A DNA stretch of 64,000 nucleotides from an uncultured Candidatus Saccharibacteria bacterium (GTDB taxonomy: Bacteria > Patescibacteriota > Doudnabacteria > UBA920 > 2-01-FULL-46-14). The stretch is taken from contig CAZMCQ010000005.1 in assembly GCA_964565195.1 (NCBI GenBank), positions 30,697-94,696 on the forward strand. Reading direction: 5' to 3'. A model generated the notes under the pieces. That model was not told where the DNA came from, ran no database searches, and was given only the letters and a program-made list of their open reading frames with translations. A program made the position numbers and the translations under genes. Each line of letters opens with the position of its first letter. Position 1 is the first letter of the stretch. Shown here one piece after another: positions 39,266 to 48,801 of the stretch.

Positions 39266-39967
39266 ATGACACAGCGGCAGGCCCAAATTTTGGCGGCAAT
39301 TGTCAAAGAATACAGCGAAACCGGCACGCCGGTGGCGTCTTTGGATTTGGCCAAAAAATACAACTTTGACATAAGTCCCGCGACGATTAGAAATGAAATG
39401 GTCATTCTGGAAGACGAGGGGTATATCACCCAGCCGCACACTTCGGCCGGCCGCATTCCGACTGACGCGGGCTACCGGTATTTCGTGAACAAACTGATGA
39501 AGCATCTGGAACTTTCCAGTCAGGAACAGCTGCGGCTGCAGGAGGAAATTCGCAAACTGCAGAAGCAGTACCTCGAGCTCGGACAGGGGCTGGCCAAGCT
39601 GCTCGCCCAGAAGACCGAGGGCGCGGCTTTTGCGCTCCTCCCCCAAGGAACGAGCGCTGCGGGGCTATCCAATGTCATTGAGCAGAGTTCGAGCGTGGAT
39701 GAGATGAAAGAGATGGCGCATTTTTTGGATGAGCTGGAAGAACGCGGCCAATCTTTGGTCAAGACCCATTCCGAAGAGGTTGAAACTCTGATCGCGCCGA
39801 GCTACAGTCTGCTGGTCCGCCGCGTGCGCTTGCCGGGCGGGGACCGCGGCGTGATCGGCATCGTGGGCCCGAAGCGCATGAAATACGCGCGGAACATATC
39901 GCTGTTGGAATATGTTAGCAAGTTTCTTGCAGGTGGTTTGGTATTGCTGATGGTTGTTAAGCTATGA
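39266..39967 (+). CDS. hrcA: Heat-inducible transcription repressor HrcA (short form, 234 aa)
   Basis: TQRQAQILAAIVKEYSETGTPVASLDLAKKYNFDISPATIRNEMVILEDEGYITQPHTSAGRIPTDAGYRYFV N-terminal wHTH, with a CIRCE just upstream and grpE-dnaK-dnaJ downstream. Confidence 0.85.
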   Translation: MTQRQAQILAAIVKEYSETGTPVASLDLAKKYNFDISPATIRNEMVILEDEGYITQPHTSAGRIPTDAGYRYFVNKLMKHLELSSQEQLRLQEEIRKLQKQYLELGQGLAKLLAQKTEGAAFALLPQGTSAAGLSNVIEQSSSVDEMKEMAHFLDELEERGQSLVKTHSEEVETLIAPSYSLLVRRVRLPGGDRGVIGIVGPKRMKYARNISLLEYVSKFLAGGLVLLMVVKL

Positions 39968-40074
39968 AATGTAAAATGCAAATATCAAAGTGCAAAATGA
40001 CAGTTGAAAATTAAAAATTTTGGATTTTACATTGTCATTTTGATTTTTGCATTTTGAATTTTAAATTTTTGAAA

Positions 40075-40548
40075 ATGATGCAAGATATAGAAAAACTTAA
40101 TAAAGAACTAAACGAATTTAAGAAGAAGAGTGATGACTATCTGAATTCCTGGAAACGCACGGCCGCGGATTTTGAAAATTACAAAAAGCGGCAGGATAAA
40201 GAGGCCCGCGAGCTCGTGCAGTTTGCCCAGGAGATTACGGTAGTAAAAATGCTGCCGACCCTGGAGTCGCTCGAGCAAGCCCTGAAGAACGCGCCGCAGG
40301 ACGAGCGGTTCAAAACCTGGTCAGAGGGGGTGCTCAAGATCGTTCAGCAGCTGGAAAAGGTTTTGCTCGAGATGGGGATAGAAAAAGTTAAAACTGTTGG
40401 TGAACAATTTGATCCTGCGCTCCACGAGGCAGTGGAGATGGTGGAGGACCCTCAGGCAAGCTCAGGGCATATTATTGAAGAAGTGCAAACAGGGTTTAAA
40501 TTAAATGGAAAATTAATCCGGCCAGCAAAGGTAAAAGTGGCCAAATAA
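40075..40548 (+). CDS. grpE: Nucleotide exchange factor GrpE
   Basis: [18 protein letters not shown] signature. Start taken at ATGATG (40075); the ORF track begins at an upstream TTG. Confidence 0.9.
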   Translation: MMQDIEKLNKELNEFKKKSDDYLNSWKRTAADFENYKKRQDKEARELVQFAQEITVVKMLPTLESLEQALKNAPQDERFKTWSEGVLKIVQQLEKVLLEMGIEKVKTVGEQFDPALHEAVEMVEDPQASSGHIIEEVQTGFKLNGKLIRPAKVKVAK

Positions 40549-40558
40549 GGAAAAGTAT

Positions 40559-42355
40559 ATGCCAAAAATTATAGGTATTGACCTTGGAACAAGTAATAGC
40601 GCGGCGGCCGTGCTGGAGGGCGGCAAGCCGGTCATCATTCCGTCCGCGGAAGGCACGACAGTGGGCGGCGGCAAGGCGTTTCCGTCTTATGTGGCTTTCA
40701 CCAAAGACGGCGAGCTTTTGGTCGGCGAGCCGGCGCGGCGGCAGGCCGTGACCAACCCCGAGGGCACGGCTTATGCCGTGAAGCGCAAGATGGGCGCCAA
40801 AGAGAAAATTAAACTGCGCGACAAAGAATACACGCCCGAGCAGATTTCCGCGTTTATCCTGCAAAAAATCAAGCGCGATTCAGAGGCGTATCTTGGCGAG
40901 CCAGTGCCCAAGGCCGTGATTACGGTACCGGCATATTTTGACGACTCGCAGCGGCAGGCCACGAAAAACGCGGGCGAGATCGCCGGATTGGAAGTGATTC
41001 GGATCATCAATGAACCGACGGCCGCGGCTCTCGCCTACGGTTTGGATAAAAACGGCGCCGAGCAGAAGATCATGGTTTTCGACTTCGGCGGCGGCACGCT
41101 CGACGTGACGATCATGGATTTCGGGCAGGGTGTTTTTGAGGTCGTTTCCACTTCCGGGGACACGCACCTTGGCGGCACGGATATGGACAACGCGCTTATG
41201 GACTACATTGCCGGGGAATTTAAAAAAGAATCCGGCGTTGATATTAGAAACGATAAGATGGCTCTAAACCGCCTGAAGGAGGCGGCCGAAAAGGCGAAAA
41301 TCGAGCTCTCCACCACGCTCGAGACCGAGATCAATCTGCCGTTTATCACGGCGGACAGCGCGGGCCCGAAGCATTTAAGTCTGAAACTCACGCGCACAAA
41401 ACTGGAGCAACTGGTCCGGCCAATTGTCGAGTGCACCCAGAATTCAATTCAACAGGCGCTTTCGGATGCCAAACTTTCGCCGCAGGATATTGAAAAAGTC
41501 ATTCTGGTTGGGGGGCCGACGCGTATGCCGCTGGTGCAGAAGTTTGTCGAGGAATTTGTCGGCAAGCCGGCCGAACGCGGCGTGGACCCGATGGAAGCCG
41601 TGGCCAAAGGCGCGGCGATTCAGGCCGGGGTGCTTGGCGGGGAGGTCAAGGACGTTTTGCTCCTGGATGTCACCCCGCTGACTTTGGGCATCGAAACTCT
41701 GGGTGGGGTTTCCACTCCGCTGATTGACCGCAATACCACTATTCCGACCTCCAAGTCCCAGGTGTTTTCGACGGCGGCCGACAATCAGACCTCGGTGGAG
41801 ATTCACGTGCTGCAGGGCGAGCGGCCGCTCGCCGCGGACAACAAATCGCTTGGCCGGTTTGTGCTGGACGGCATTCCGCCGGCGCCGCGGGGCATTCCCC
41901 AGGTCGAGGTGACGTTTGACATTGACGCCAACGGCATTCTCAAAGTCGCTGCCCGCGACAAGGCCACGAGCAGGGAGCAGCACATCACCATCACCGGTTC
42001 GTCTAATCTCTCCAAGGACGAGATTGAGCGGATGCGCAAGGAGGCCGAGGCGCATGCCGAAGAGGATCGCCGGCGCCGCGAACTGATTAACACGCGCAAC
42101 CAGGCCGATCATCTCATCTCGGTCGTGGAAAAAACTTTGAAAGACGCCGGGGATAAGGTTGACGCCGCGACCAAAGTCAAACTGGAAACTCTTGTCTCGG
42201 ACTTGAAGAAAGCCAAGGACGGCAATGATATGGACGCGCTCAAGAAGAAAATGGATGAGGTGAGCGCCGAGATCCAGAAAGTCGGCGCGGCCATGTATAA
42301 AGATGCGGACAAAGATAAGCCCAAGGACGCGGATTTTGAGGAGAAGAAGGAGTAA
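40559..42355 (+). CDS. dnaK: Molecular chaperone DnaK (Hsp70)
   Basis: [39 protein letters not shown] Hsp70 signatures. 598 aa. Confidence 0.97.
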   Translation: MPKIIGIDLGTSNSAAAVLEGGKPVIIPSAEGTTVGGGKAFPSYVAFTKDGELLVGEPARRQAVTNPEGTAYAVKRKMGAKEKIKLRDKEYTPEQISAFILQKIKRDSEAYLGEPVPKAVITVPAYFDDSQRQATKNAGEIAGLEVIRIINEPTAAALAYGLDKNGAEQKIMVFDFGGGTLDVTIMDFGQGVFEVVSTSGDTHLGGTDMDNALMDYIAGEFKKESGVDIRNDKMALNRLKEAAEKAKIELSTTLETEINLPFITADSAGPKHLSLKLTRTKLEQLVRPIVECTQNSIQQALSDAKLSPQDIEKVILVGGPTRMPLVQKFVEEFVGKPAERGVDPMEAVAKGAAIQAGVLGGEVKDVLLLDVTPLTLGIETLGGVSTPLIDRNTTIPTSKSQVFSTAADNQTSVEIHVLQGERPLAADNKSLGRFVLDGIPPAPRGIPQVEVTFDIDANGILKVAARDKATSREQHITITGSSNLSKDEIERMRKEAEAHAEEDRRRRELINTRNQADHLISVVEKTLKDAGDKVDAATKVKLETLVSDLKKAKDGNDMDALKKKMDEVSAEIQKVGAAMYKDADKDKPKDADFEEKKE

Positions 42356-42442
42356 TTGTTAAAGTCTTTGCGAGCGAAGCGAAGCAATCTCGAATTTCAT
42401 GGGGTTGCTTCGTCATTTCACTCCTCGCAATGACAGTTCATT

Positions 42443-43603
42443 ATGGCCAGGAATTATTACGACATTTTAGGCGTTTCCAAAAACGCGTCGCGCGACGAGA
42501 TTAAGCGCGCCTACCGAAAACTGGCGCACGAATACCATCCGGATAAACAGCACGGCCGCGGCGACGAGCAAAAATTCCGCGAGCTAAACGAGGCCTACGA
42601 GGTTTTGTCGGACGAGACCAAGCGCGCGCAGTATGACCAGTTTGGTCAGACTTTTGAGTCCGCCAGAGGCGGACAGGCAGGCTTTGGTGGGTTCTCTGGA
42701 TTCAATGATTTCTCCGAATTTATGAAGGGCTTTGGCCAGAACTATTCGCGCGGGCCGTATGCGGGCATGGAATTCGACTTCGGCGATATTTTCTCGGATA
42801 TCTTTGGCGCGCCGCGGCAGAGCCGCAAGCGTCAGGGCGTGGATCTCGAGATGACGCTCGAGATCAATTTTCCCGAGTCAGTTTTTGGCGCGGAAAAAGA
42901 ACTAACCCTTGAAAAAAAAGACGCCTGCCCGCGCTGCGCGGGTTTGGGCGCCGAGCCGGGCAGTAAAAACAAGGCCTGTCCTAAATGCCACGGCCAGGGA
43001 CAGATTATCACGCATCAGAAAACCATTCTCGGCAGTTTCCAGAGCGCGCAAACCTGCGACCGATGTATGGGTTCCGGACAGGTGCCGGAAAAAGAATGCA
43101 CGGAGTGCAAAGGCGCGGGCTGGAAGAAAGTGAAGAAGAAGGTCAAAGTTGTGATTCCGCCCGGGATAGGCGACAGCCAGCGGCTCAAACTTACCGGCGA
43201 AGGAGAATTCGGTTACAAAGGCAGCAAATCAGGCAATCTATATATTGTGATAAGAGTAAAACCGCATCCGGAATTCGTGCGCGCCGGCTTTGACATCCGC
43301 AGCGAAGTGCCGATAAGTTTTTATCAGGCCGCGCTCGGCGCGAAGATCGAGGTCAAAACCGTGGACGGCCCGGTGATGCTCAAAATTCCGGCGGGCATTC
43401 AGTCCGGCGAGGTGCTGCGTTTGCGCGCAAAGGGTGTGCCGCATCTCGAGAGCACGCGCCGCGGCGATCATCTCCTCACCATCCGCATCATCACGCCAAC
43501 GAAGCTAACCCGCAAAGAAAAAGAATTATTTAAGCAAATGGCCGGGGAGCGCGGCGAAGCCGGCAGCATTGACGAGAGCTTTTGGGATAGACTGAAAAAA
43601 TAA
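42443..43603 (+). CDS. dnaJ: Molecular chaperone DnaJ
   Basis: J-domain with HPD ([13 protein letters not shown]), G/F region, four CxxCxGxG zinc motifs. Confidence 0.95.
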   Translation: MARNYYDILGVSKNASRDEIKRAYRKLAHEYHPDKQHGRGDEQKFRELNEAYEVLSDETKRAQYDQFGQTFESARGGQAGFGGFSGFNDFSEFMKGFGQNYSRGPYAGMEFDFGDIFSDIFGAPRQSRKRQGVDLEMTLEINFPESVFGAEKELTLEKKDACPRCAGLGAEPGSKNKACPKCHGQGQIITHQKTILGSFQSAQTCDRCMGSGQVPEKECTECKGAGWKKVKKKVKVVIPPGIGDSQRLKLTGEGEFGYKGSKSGNLYIVIRVKPHPEFVRAGFDIRSEVPISFYQAALGAKIEVKTVDGPVMLKIPAGIQSGEVLRLRAKGVPHLESTRRGDHLLTIRIITPTKLTRKEKELFKQMAGERGEAGSIDESFWDRLKK

Positions 43604-43630
43604 AATTCGCTCTTCTGGCGAATTTTATTC
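43604..43630 (+). terminator. Rho-independent terminator after dnaJ
   Basis: AAAATTCGC-tcttctg-GCGAATTTT stem-loop followed by a T-rich tract. It abuts the 3' end of the convergent tRNA-Ala. Confidence 0.6.
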
Positions 43631-43707
43631 TGGTGGAGATAGCCGGATTCGAACCGGCGACCTTCGCATTGCAAATGCGACGCTCTAACCAGCTGAGCTA
43701 TATCCCC
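43631..43707 (-). tRNA. tRNA-Ala (anticodon UGC), CCA encoded
   Basis: Reverse complement GGGGATATAGCTCAGCTGGTTAGAGCGTCGCATTTGCAATGCGAAGGTCGCCGGTTCGAATCCGGCTATCTCCACCA. Confidence 0.9.
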
Positions 43708-43956
43708 TCATTGCCCTTTCAATCCGCTGAAGATTGACGCCAGCGGGCCGAGGAACAGTTCCAAAAGGCCAAACATATACATTCCGGACAGGATGATTGC
43801 TGCCAGCCCGATCAGTTTGTAAAGCAAATACGTCCCGCCGGAGGAGAGATGCTGCTCGGCCCAAGGCACCTTGCCGAAAAGGCCGACCAGCGGATAAGTC
43901 TTCCAGATGAGCAACGTGCCGAGGCCGATGCCAATTAGTCCCCAAATGATGCGCAT
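43708..43956 (-). CDS. Small membrane protein (82 aa, 2 TM helices) packed exactly between tRNA-Ile and tRNA-Ala
   Basis: MRIIWGLIGIGLGTLLIWKTYPLVGLFGKVPWAEQHLSSGGTYLLYKLIGLAAIILSGMYMFGLLELFLGPLASIFSGLKGQ. The ATG lies 5 nt after the tRNA-Ile CCA and the TGA stop abuts the tRNA-Ala 5' end. There is no Shine-Dalgarno sequence. Confidence 0.35.
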   Translation of the reverse strand: MRIIWGLIGIGLGTLLIWKTYPLVGLFGKVPWAEQHLSSGGTYLLYKLIGLAAIILSGMYMFGLLELFLGPLASIFSGLKGQ

Positions 43957-43961
43957 ATGTT

Positions 43962-44036
43962 TGGTGGGCACGGATGGAATCGAACCATCGACCCCTTCAT
44001 TATCAGTGAAGTGCTCTGCCCCTGAGCTACGTGCCC
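43962..44036 (-). tRNA. tRNA-Ile (anticodon GAU), CCA encoded
   Basis: Reverse complement GGGCACGTAGCTCAGGGGCAGAGCACTTCACTGATAATGAAGGGGTCGATGGTTCGATTCCATCCGTGCCCACCA. Confidence 0.9.
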
Positions 44037-44148
44037 TCGTCGCAATGCGCACATTATCAAATTTTGACATTCTTGGCAAGTTTGTGATATATTAAATCCT
44101 AGATTTTCTCACGGCTCATGGGTTTTTGAAAGCAAAAATATAAAATTA

Positions 44149-45168
44149 ATGCTATTTGCCCGCACCAAAAGCAAATTAGGGATCGATATCGGCACTTCTA
44201 GCATAAAAGTCGTCCAATTAACAAAAGCACAAGAGAAATTTGTTTTGGAAACCTATGGCGTGGTGAGCGTGGCCTTCCCGGGGGGCCTCGCGGAAGGCTT
44301 TGATGCGATTGCCAAGACCGCGGAGATTTTGAAAAGTCTTCTGGCGCGCGCCAAGACCACCACGAAGAAGGTCGTGGCGAGCCTGCCGAACAGCATTGTC
44401 TTTGTCTCGGTCATTGATATGCCGGAAATGTCCGAAAAAGAGCTCAAAGACTCCATTGAATTCGAGGCGAGACGGTATGTGCCGCTGCCGCTCGAGGAGG
44501 TTACGCTGTCCTGGAGCGTACTCAAAGAAGGCGCGCTCGCGAGTCCCAAAGTAAAAGTTCTGCTCACCGCGGTCCCGACCAACGTGATTGATAATTATCT
44601 CAAAATGTTCAAACTCGCCGGCCTTGAACCAATTGCCCTGGAGATTGAATCGCTGGCGCTGATCCGGTCTCTGGTGGGCGCGCGCCGCGAAAGCTTCATC
44701 ATCATTGACATGGGCGCGCGCAGCACTTCTTTGAACCTCGTGGACAAGGGTTTTCTGCGGGTCAGCCGCAACCTCTCGGCCGGCGGCGAGACGATCACCA
44801 ATGCGGTGGCGCAGGGCCTCAAGGTGAGTTTTGCCCGCGCCGAGCAATTTAAGCGCGATCTGGGTTTGTCGGAAAGCGCGTCTGACCAGATCCCCCAGAC
44901 CATACGTCAGACCATTGATGTCATCAAAAGCGAGACTTCGCAACTCATTAATATTTACCAGTCCTCCGGCGAGACCATCGCGGAGATAATCCTGGCCGGT
45001 TCGAGTGCGCGTCTGCCGGGTTTGATCAAGTATTTTTCGGATTTGGGGCCAAAGGTGGTCCTGGGCGATCCGCTGCAGTTTATCAGTTTTGATTCGCGTC
45101 TCAAAAGTAATTTAGCCGAAAGTGCCTTGTCTTTATCTGTGGCCTTGGGCCTCGCCATGCGGGAATAA
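44149..45168 (+). CDS. pilM: Type IV pilus assembly ATPase-like protein PilM
   Basis: Actin-like fold and the N-terminal LGIDIGTSSIKVVQL motif. First gene of a pilMNO-pilB-pilT-pilC locus. Confidence 0.85.
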   Translation: MLFARTKSKLGIDIGTSSIKVVQLTKAQEKFVLETYGVVSVAFPGGLAEGFDAIAKTAEILKSLLARAKTTTKKVVASLPNSIVFVSVIDMPEMSEKELKDSIEFEARRYVPLPLEEVTLSWSVLKEGALASPKVKVLLTAVPTNVIDNYLKMFKLAGLEPIALEIESLALIRSLVGARRESFIIIDMGARSTSLNLVDKGFLRVSRNLSAGGETITNAVAQGLKVSFARAEQFKRDLGLSESASDQIPQTIRQTIDVIKSETSQLINIYQSSGETIAEIILAGSSARLPGLIKYFSDLGPKVVLGDPLQFISFDSRLKSNLAESALSLSVALGLAMRE

Positions 45169-45169
45169 A

Positions 45170-45730
45170 ATGGTCGAAATCAACCTTCTAAAAAATGAAT
45201 TACAGGAAAAAGGGCCGTTCTCATTCGGTCCGCCCGGCCTGGCCTCGTTTTATATCGTCGCGGCAGTAGTTGCCCTGGAGCTTTTCCTGTTCGGCGGTCT
45301 GGTGTTTTACCAGCAGTACCTCGCGCGGCAGGCACGGGCCGTCGAGCAGCAGGCGGTAGCGATTGATTTTGAGACCAGAGAATTGGATGCTGCTCGCTTG
45401 GCGGCGATTTCCTTCCAGCGGCGGGTCAGCAATCTGCAATTTCTTCTGCAAAACCACATTTTCTGGACCCCAATTTTCGATGAACTCGAAAAATTTACCT
45501 ACCGTGGCGCCCGCTATGGCACGCTGCAGGTGGACCAGTCGAAAGCCGAACTCCTGGTGAGCGGGGTGATTCCTTCCTACACTGAACTTGGTAAACTCAT
45601 GCTCGGCCTTAAGCAGTCACCCAATGTCTCAAACGTTACGCTCAACGCCACCGGGGCTACGCAATCCGGAGAGGCCGGTTATGAATTTACGATGCTCGTG
45701 AGTTTCAACCCAAAACTTTTGAGCAAATAA
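45170..45730 (+). CDS. pilN: Type IV pilus assembly protein PilN-like
   Basis: Start MVEINLLKNE 1 nt after the pilM stop. Single TM helix and coiled coil, typical PilN topology. Confidence 0.65.
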   Translation: MVEINLLKNELQEKGPFSFGPPGLASFYIVAAVVALELFLFGGLVFYQQYLARQARAVEQQAVAIDFETRELDAARLAAISFQRRVSNLQFLLQNHIFWTPIFDELEKFTYRGARYGTLQVDQSKAELLVSGVIPSYTELGKLMLGLKQSPNVSNVTLNATGATQSGEAGYEFTMLVSFNPKLLSK

Positions 45731-45732
45731 TT

Positions 45733-46338
45733 ATGGCCAAGCCGAAGTATACCTTCTCTCAATATCTAAGTGGCATCGGCGTTCCCTTGCTCGTGCTCGC
45801 GGGTGGACTGTTTGCTTACTTTATCGTCATGCCGAAATTTTCCGCCGCCCGCGCGGCGCGCGCCGAGGTCAGTTTGGCGCAGGCCGATGTGCAAAAACGC
45901 CAGGGGCAGCTTGCGACTGTCCAGCGACTGGCGGCGGATTATGAAGTCAAGCAAAACCGCCTCGAGCCCGTTGCCCTGGCGCTGCCGGACGCGCCCCGCA
46001 TTCCCGAACTGCTGGCCAATCTCGACGTCCTGGCCAAGCAGAGCGGTCTGCTGATTGCCTCGCTCCAGATCACGCCGGTGGCGATCGAGGTCAAACCCAA
46101 TGAGACGCAAGGCGCGCTGCCCAAGCGGACGCAGCTGCTGCGGCGCGCGGAGAACCTCGGGGTCCTGGAAATCAATGTCGGTCTCAAAGGCAAATATCCG
46201 AATGTGAAGGCGTTTCTGGCTAATCTGGAACAGAACCAGCGGCTGATGGACACGGACAGCCTCAACTTTGGCCTGGTGGAGGCAGAGTCAGGCTTGCAGG
46301 AATATGTTTTGAAGATTCAGACTTATTACCAAAAATAG
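45733..46338 (+). CDS. pilO: Type IV pilus assembly protein PilO-like
   Basis: N-terminal TM helix plus a coiled-coil periplasmic/extracellular domain. Directly follows pilN. Confidence 0.6.
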   Translation: MAKPKYTFSQYLSGIGVPLLVLAGGLFAYFIVMPKFSAARAARAEVSLAQADVQKRQGQLATVQRLAADYEVKQNRLEPVALALPDAPRIPELLANLDVLAKQSGLLIASLQITPVAIEVKPNETQGALPKRTQLLRRAENLGVLEINVGLKGKYPNVKAFLANLEQNQRLMDTDSLNFGLVEAESGLQEYVLKIQTYYQK

Positions 46339-46341
46339 GGT

Positions 46342-46686
46342 ATGAAATTTTTACCGGAAGACAAAAAGAAGACCGTTCGTGCTCTGCTGATTCTGATCGT
46401 CGCGGTCGGCGGGATCGTTTATTTTAATTTCTTTACCGGTTCCAAAACTGAAATTCTTCCGCCAACCGATACGAGCCAGTCTGCTGTGCCCAATGCCTCA
46501 AATTTGCCCGCCGCCCCGCCAGTGCAATTGCCATCCGCGCTGAAGAATCAGGGCGGCCTTCTGCCCTATGGCGGGACCATTGATCTCGGCATTCTCGATG
46601 ACGCCAGATTTAAGAGTTTAAAGAGCACTCCGCCTCTGGAAATTTTCCCGGAAGAACTCGGGCGGCCGAATCCCTTTGGTGATTAA
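46342..46686 (+). CDS. Small membrane-anchored Pro-rich protein in the pilus operon (PilP-like?)
   Basis: TM helix LLILIVAVGGIVYF, then a Pro/Ala-rich linker. Confidence 0.45.
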   Translation: MKFLPEDKKKTVRALLILIVAVGGIVYFNFFTGSKTEILPPTDTSQSAVPNASNLPAAPPVQLPSALKNQGGLLPYGGTIDLGILDDARFKSLKSTPPLEIFPEELGRPNPFGD

Positions 46687-46697
46687 CCTTTGCCTTT

Positions 46698-48446
46698 ATG
46701 GCCACGACCACTGCCGTAAAAAAAGCCGTTAGTTTTGAACAATTTTTGGTGGACGAGGGCTATGTCACCAAAAAACAGCTTGCGGATGTGCACCTCGCGC
46801 AGGTGAAAAGCAAGCTTCCCGTTGATCAGGCGCTCGTCGCCGAGAAAATTTTGGACGAGGAAAAACTGACGCGCGCGAAAGCCGTTTTTTTTCATCTGCC
46901 CTATGTGGACCTGCGGATAGTGGGGCTGCCCAAAGAAGCGCTCGCGGTCATTGCCAAAGAGACCATTGAGAACTATCGGTTTTTACCGTTTGCCAAGCAG
47001 GGCAATTTATTGAAAATCGCGCTTACGGACCCGGCGGATCTGCGGGCCCTCGAGGCGCTGGAATTTTTGGCGCAAAAAAATAAATACCGCATCGAACTCT
47101 ACCTGACGTCCAGGACCAGTTTTAGCGAAGCGCTGCACCGTTCCAAGACGATCACGACCGAAGTTTCCGAGGCCTTGCACATTATCGAGGAGAAAGAAAA
47201 AGAAGTCGGCAAGCCGCAAAAAGCGGCGGTGGAGGAAACGCGGAAAATCGCGGCCGAAGCGCCGCTCACGAAGATCGTGGACGTGATCATCGCGCACGCG
47301 ATCACGGCGCGCGCCTCGGACATTCACATCGAACCGCAGGAGAACGATTTGCGGATCCGGTACCGCATCGACGGCATTTTGCACAGCTCGTTGGTCGTCC
47401 CGAAGATCGTTCATCCCGGCGTGGTGTCACGCATCAAGATCCTTTCCAATCTCAAGATCGATGAGCAGCGCCTGCCGCAGGACGGCCGGTTTCATATGAA
47501 TATCGAGGACCGGTCGATTGACTTCCGCGTTTCCACCCTGCCGACGGTCAATGGCGAAAAAGTGGTGATGCGCATCCTCGACAAATCCGGCGGCGTACCG
47601 ACTTTGGAAGAACTGGGGCTTTCGGGCATGAAGCTGGAACGCCTGCGAGAAAATATCGTGAAGGCGCACGGCATGCTGCTCGTGACCGGCCCGACCGGCA
47701 GCGGCAAATCTACCACACTTTATGCCGTGCTGAACATCCTTAACAAAATCGGCGTCAACATCGTGACTCTGGAAGATCCGGTGGAGTACTATATTGAGGG
47801 CGTGAACCAGTCCCAGATCAATCCTGACATCGGCCTGACCTTTGCCTCGGGCCTGCGCTCCATCCTCCGGCAGGATCCGAACATCATCATGGTCGGCGAG
47901 ATCCGCGATCGCGAGACCGCGGAGCTGGCGGTGCACTCCGCGCTTACCGGGCACCTCGTGTTTTCGACGCTGCACACCAATGACGCGATCGGCGCGATCC
48001 CGCGGCTTTTGGACATGGGCATCGAGGCGTTTCTGCTGACCGCTTCGGTCAACGCCGTGATGGCGCAGCGCCTGGTGCGGAAGATTTGTCCGGATTGCAA
48101 GACGGAAATTCCCGTTCCGGACGAGATTCAAAAGATGTTCAAAGATGAGCTCAAAGACATTCCGGCCGGCGAAAGCGCGGCAGTGGATTTGTCCAAGATC
48201 AAGATGTTCAAAGGGCAGGGCTGCAAAACCTGCTCGGATACCGGCTACCAGGGACGGATCGCGATTTTTGAGGTGCTGCCGCTCTCGGACCCGATCAAAA
48301 ATATCATTCTGGAGCGCCAGTCTGTCGCCAAAATCAAGGAAACCGCCGTGGCCGAAGGTATGATTTTTATGAAACAGGACGGACTTTTGAAGGTGCTCGC
48401 CGGCCGCACGACCATCGAAGAGGTGATACGGGTAACGAAGGAATAA
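46698..48446 (+). CDS. pilB: Type IV pilus extension ATPase PilB (GspE family) with N-terminal GSPII_E_N domain
   Basis: Walker A GPTGSGKSTTLY, Asp box, His box, the CxxC...CxxC tetracysteine (CPDCK...CKTCSDTG). 582 aa. Confidence 0.92.
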   Translation: MATTTAVKKAVSFEQFLVDEGYVTKKQLADVHLAQVKSKLPVDQALVAEKILDEEKLTRAKAVFFHLPYVDLRIVGLPKEALAVIAKETIENYRFLPFAKQGNLLKIALTDPADLRALEALEFLAQKNKYRIELYLTSRTSFSEALHRSKTITTEVSEALHIIEEKEKEVGKPQKAAVEETRKIAAEAPLTKIVDVIIAHAITARASDIHIEPQENDLRIRYRIDGILHSSLVVPKIVHPGVVSRIKILSNLKIDEQRLPQDGRFHMNIEDRSIDFRVSTLPTVNGEKVVMRILDKSGGVPTLEELGLSGMKLERLRENIVKAHGMLLVTGPTGSGKSTTLYAVLNILNKIGVNIVTLEDPVEYYIEGVNQSQINPDIGLTFASGLRSILRQDPNIIMVGEIRDRETAELAVHSALTGHLVFSTLHTNDAIGAIPRLLDMGIEAFLLTASVNAVMAQRLVRKICPDCKTEIPVPDEIQKMFKDELKDIPAGESAAVDLSKIKMFKGQGCKTCSDTGYQGRIAIFEVLPLSDPIKNIILERQSVAKIKETAVAEGMIFMKQDGLLKVLAGRTTIEEVIRVTKE

Positions 48447-48462
48447 TAAACTATAATTATAA

Positions 48463-48801
48463 ATGCGCGTATTACTGCTCGACCCAGACGAATATTATCA
48501 TCAGGAATTCCGCCGTCACCTTGCCGATGTGGCCGAAGTGCTCGTCGCCCGCGAGGCCGCGGCCGCCCGCGCGCTTTTGCCGCAGGTGGATCTCTGCGTG
48601 ATGGAGCTCTTGCTGGCGGATGCGCCGGGTTATGAAGTTTTAAAGGATATGCGAGGAGAGCTGCCGGTCGTGATTTATTCGCGGGTGGACCACCCCGACG
48701 ATATCGAAGCCGCGCTCTCGTTTGGGGTAAGCGGTTATTTCGTCAAGGGCCGCGATACCGTCAATGACGTGAAAAAATTACTTTTAAGTTTTAGCGCGTG
48801 A
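48463..48801 (+). CDS. CheY-like receiver domain protein with Glu in place of the phospho-acceptor Asp (pseudo-receiver)
   Basis: VLLLDPDEY (acidic pocket), VDLCVMELLLADAPG where Glu replaces the phosphorylatable Asp, conserved Ser (VVIYSRV) and Lys (GYFVKG). It lies between pilB and pilT, with a TGATG stop/start overlap with pilT. Confidence 0.6.
   Translation: MRVLLLDPDEYYHQEFRRHLADVAEVLVAREAAAARALLPQVDLCVMELLLADAPGYEVLKDMRGELPVVIYSRVDHPDDIEAALSFGVSGYFVKGRDTVNDVKKLLLSFSA

Noticed and set aside
43708-44079. Extended 123-aa version of the inter-tRNA ORF
   Set aside because: The N-terminal 41 codons are the antisense of tRNA-Ile. Only the portion downstream of the tRNA (43708..43956) could plausibly be coding.
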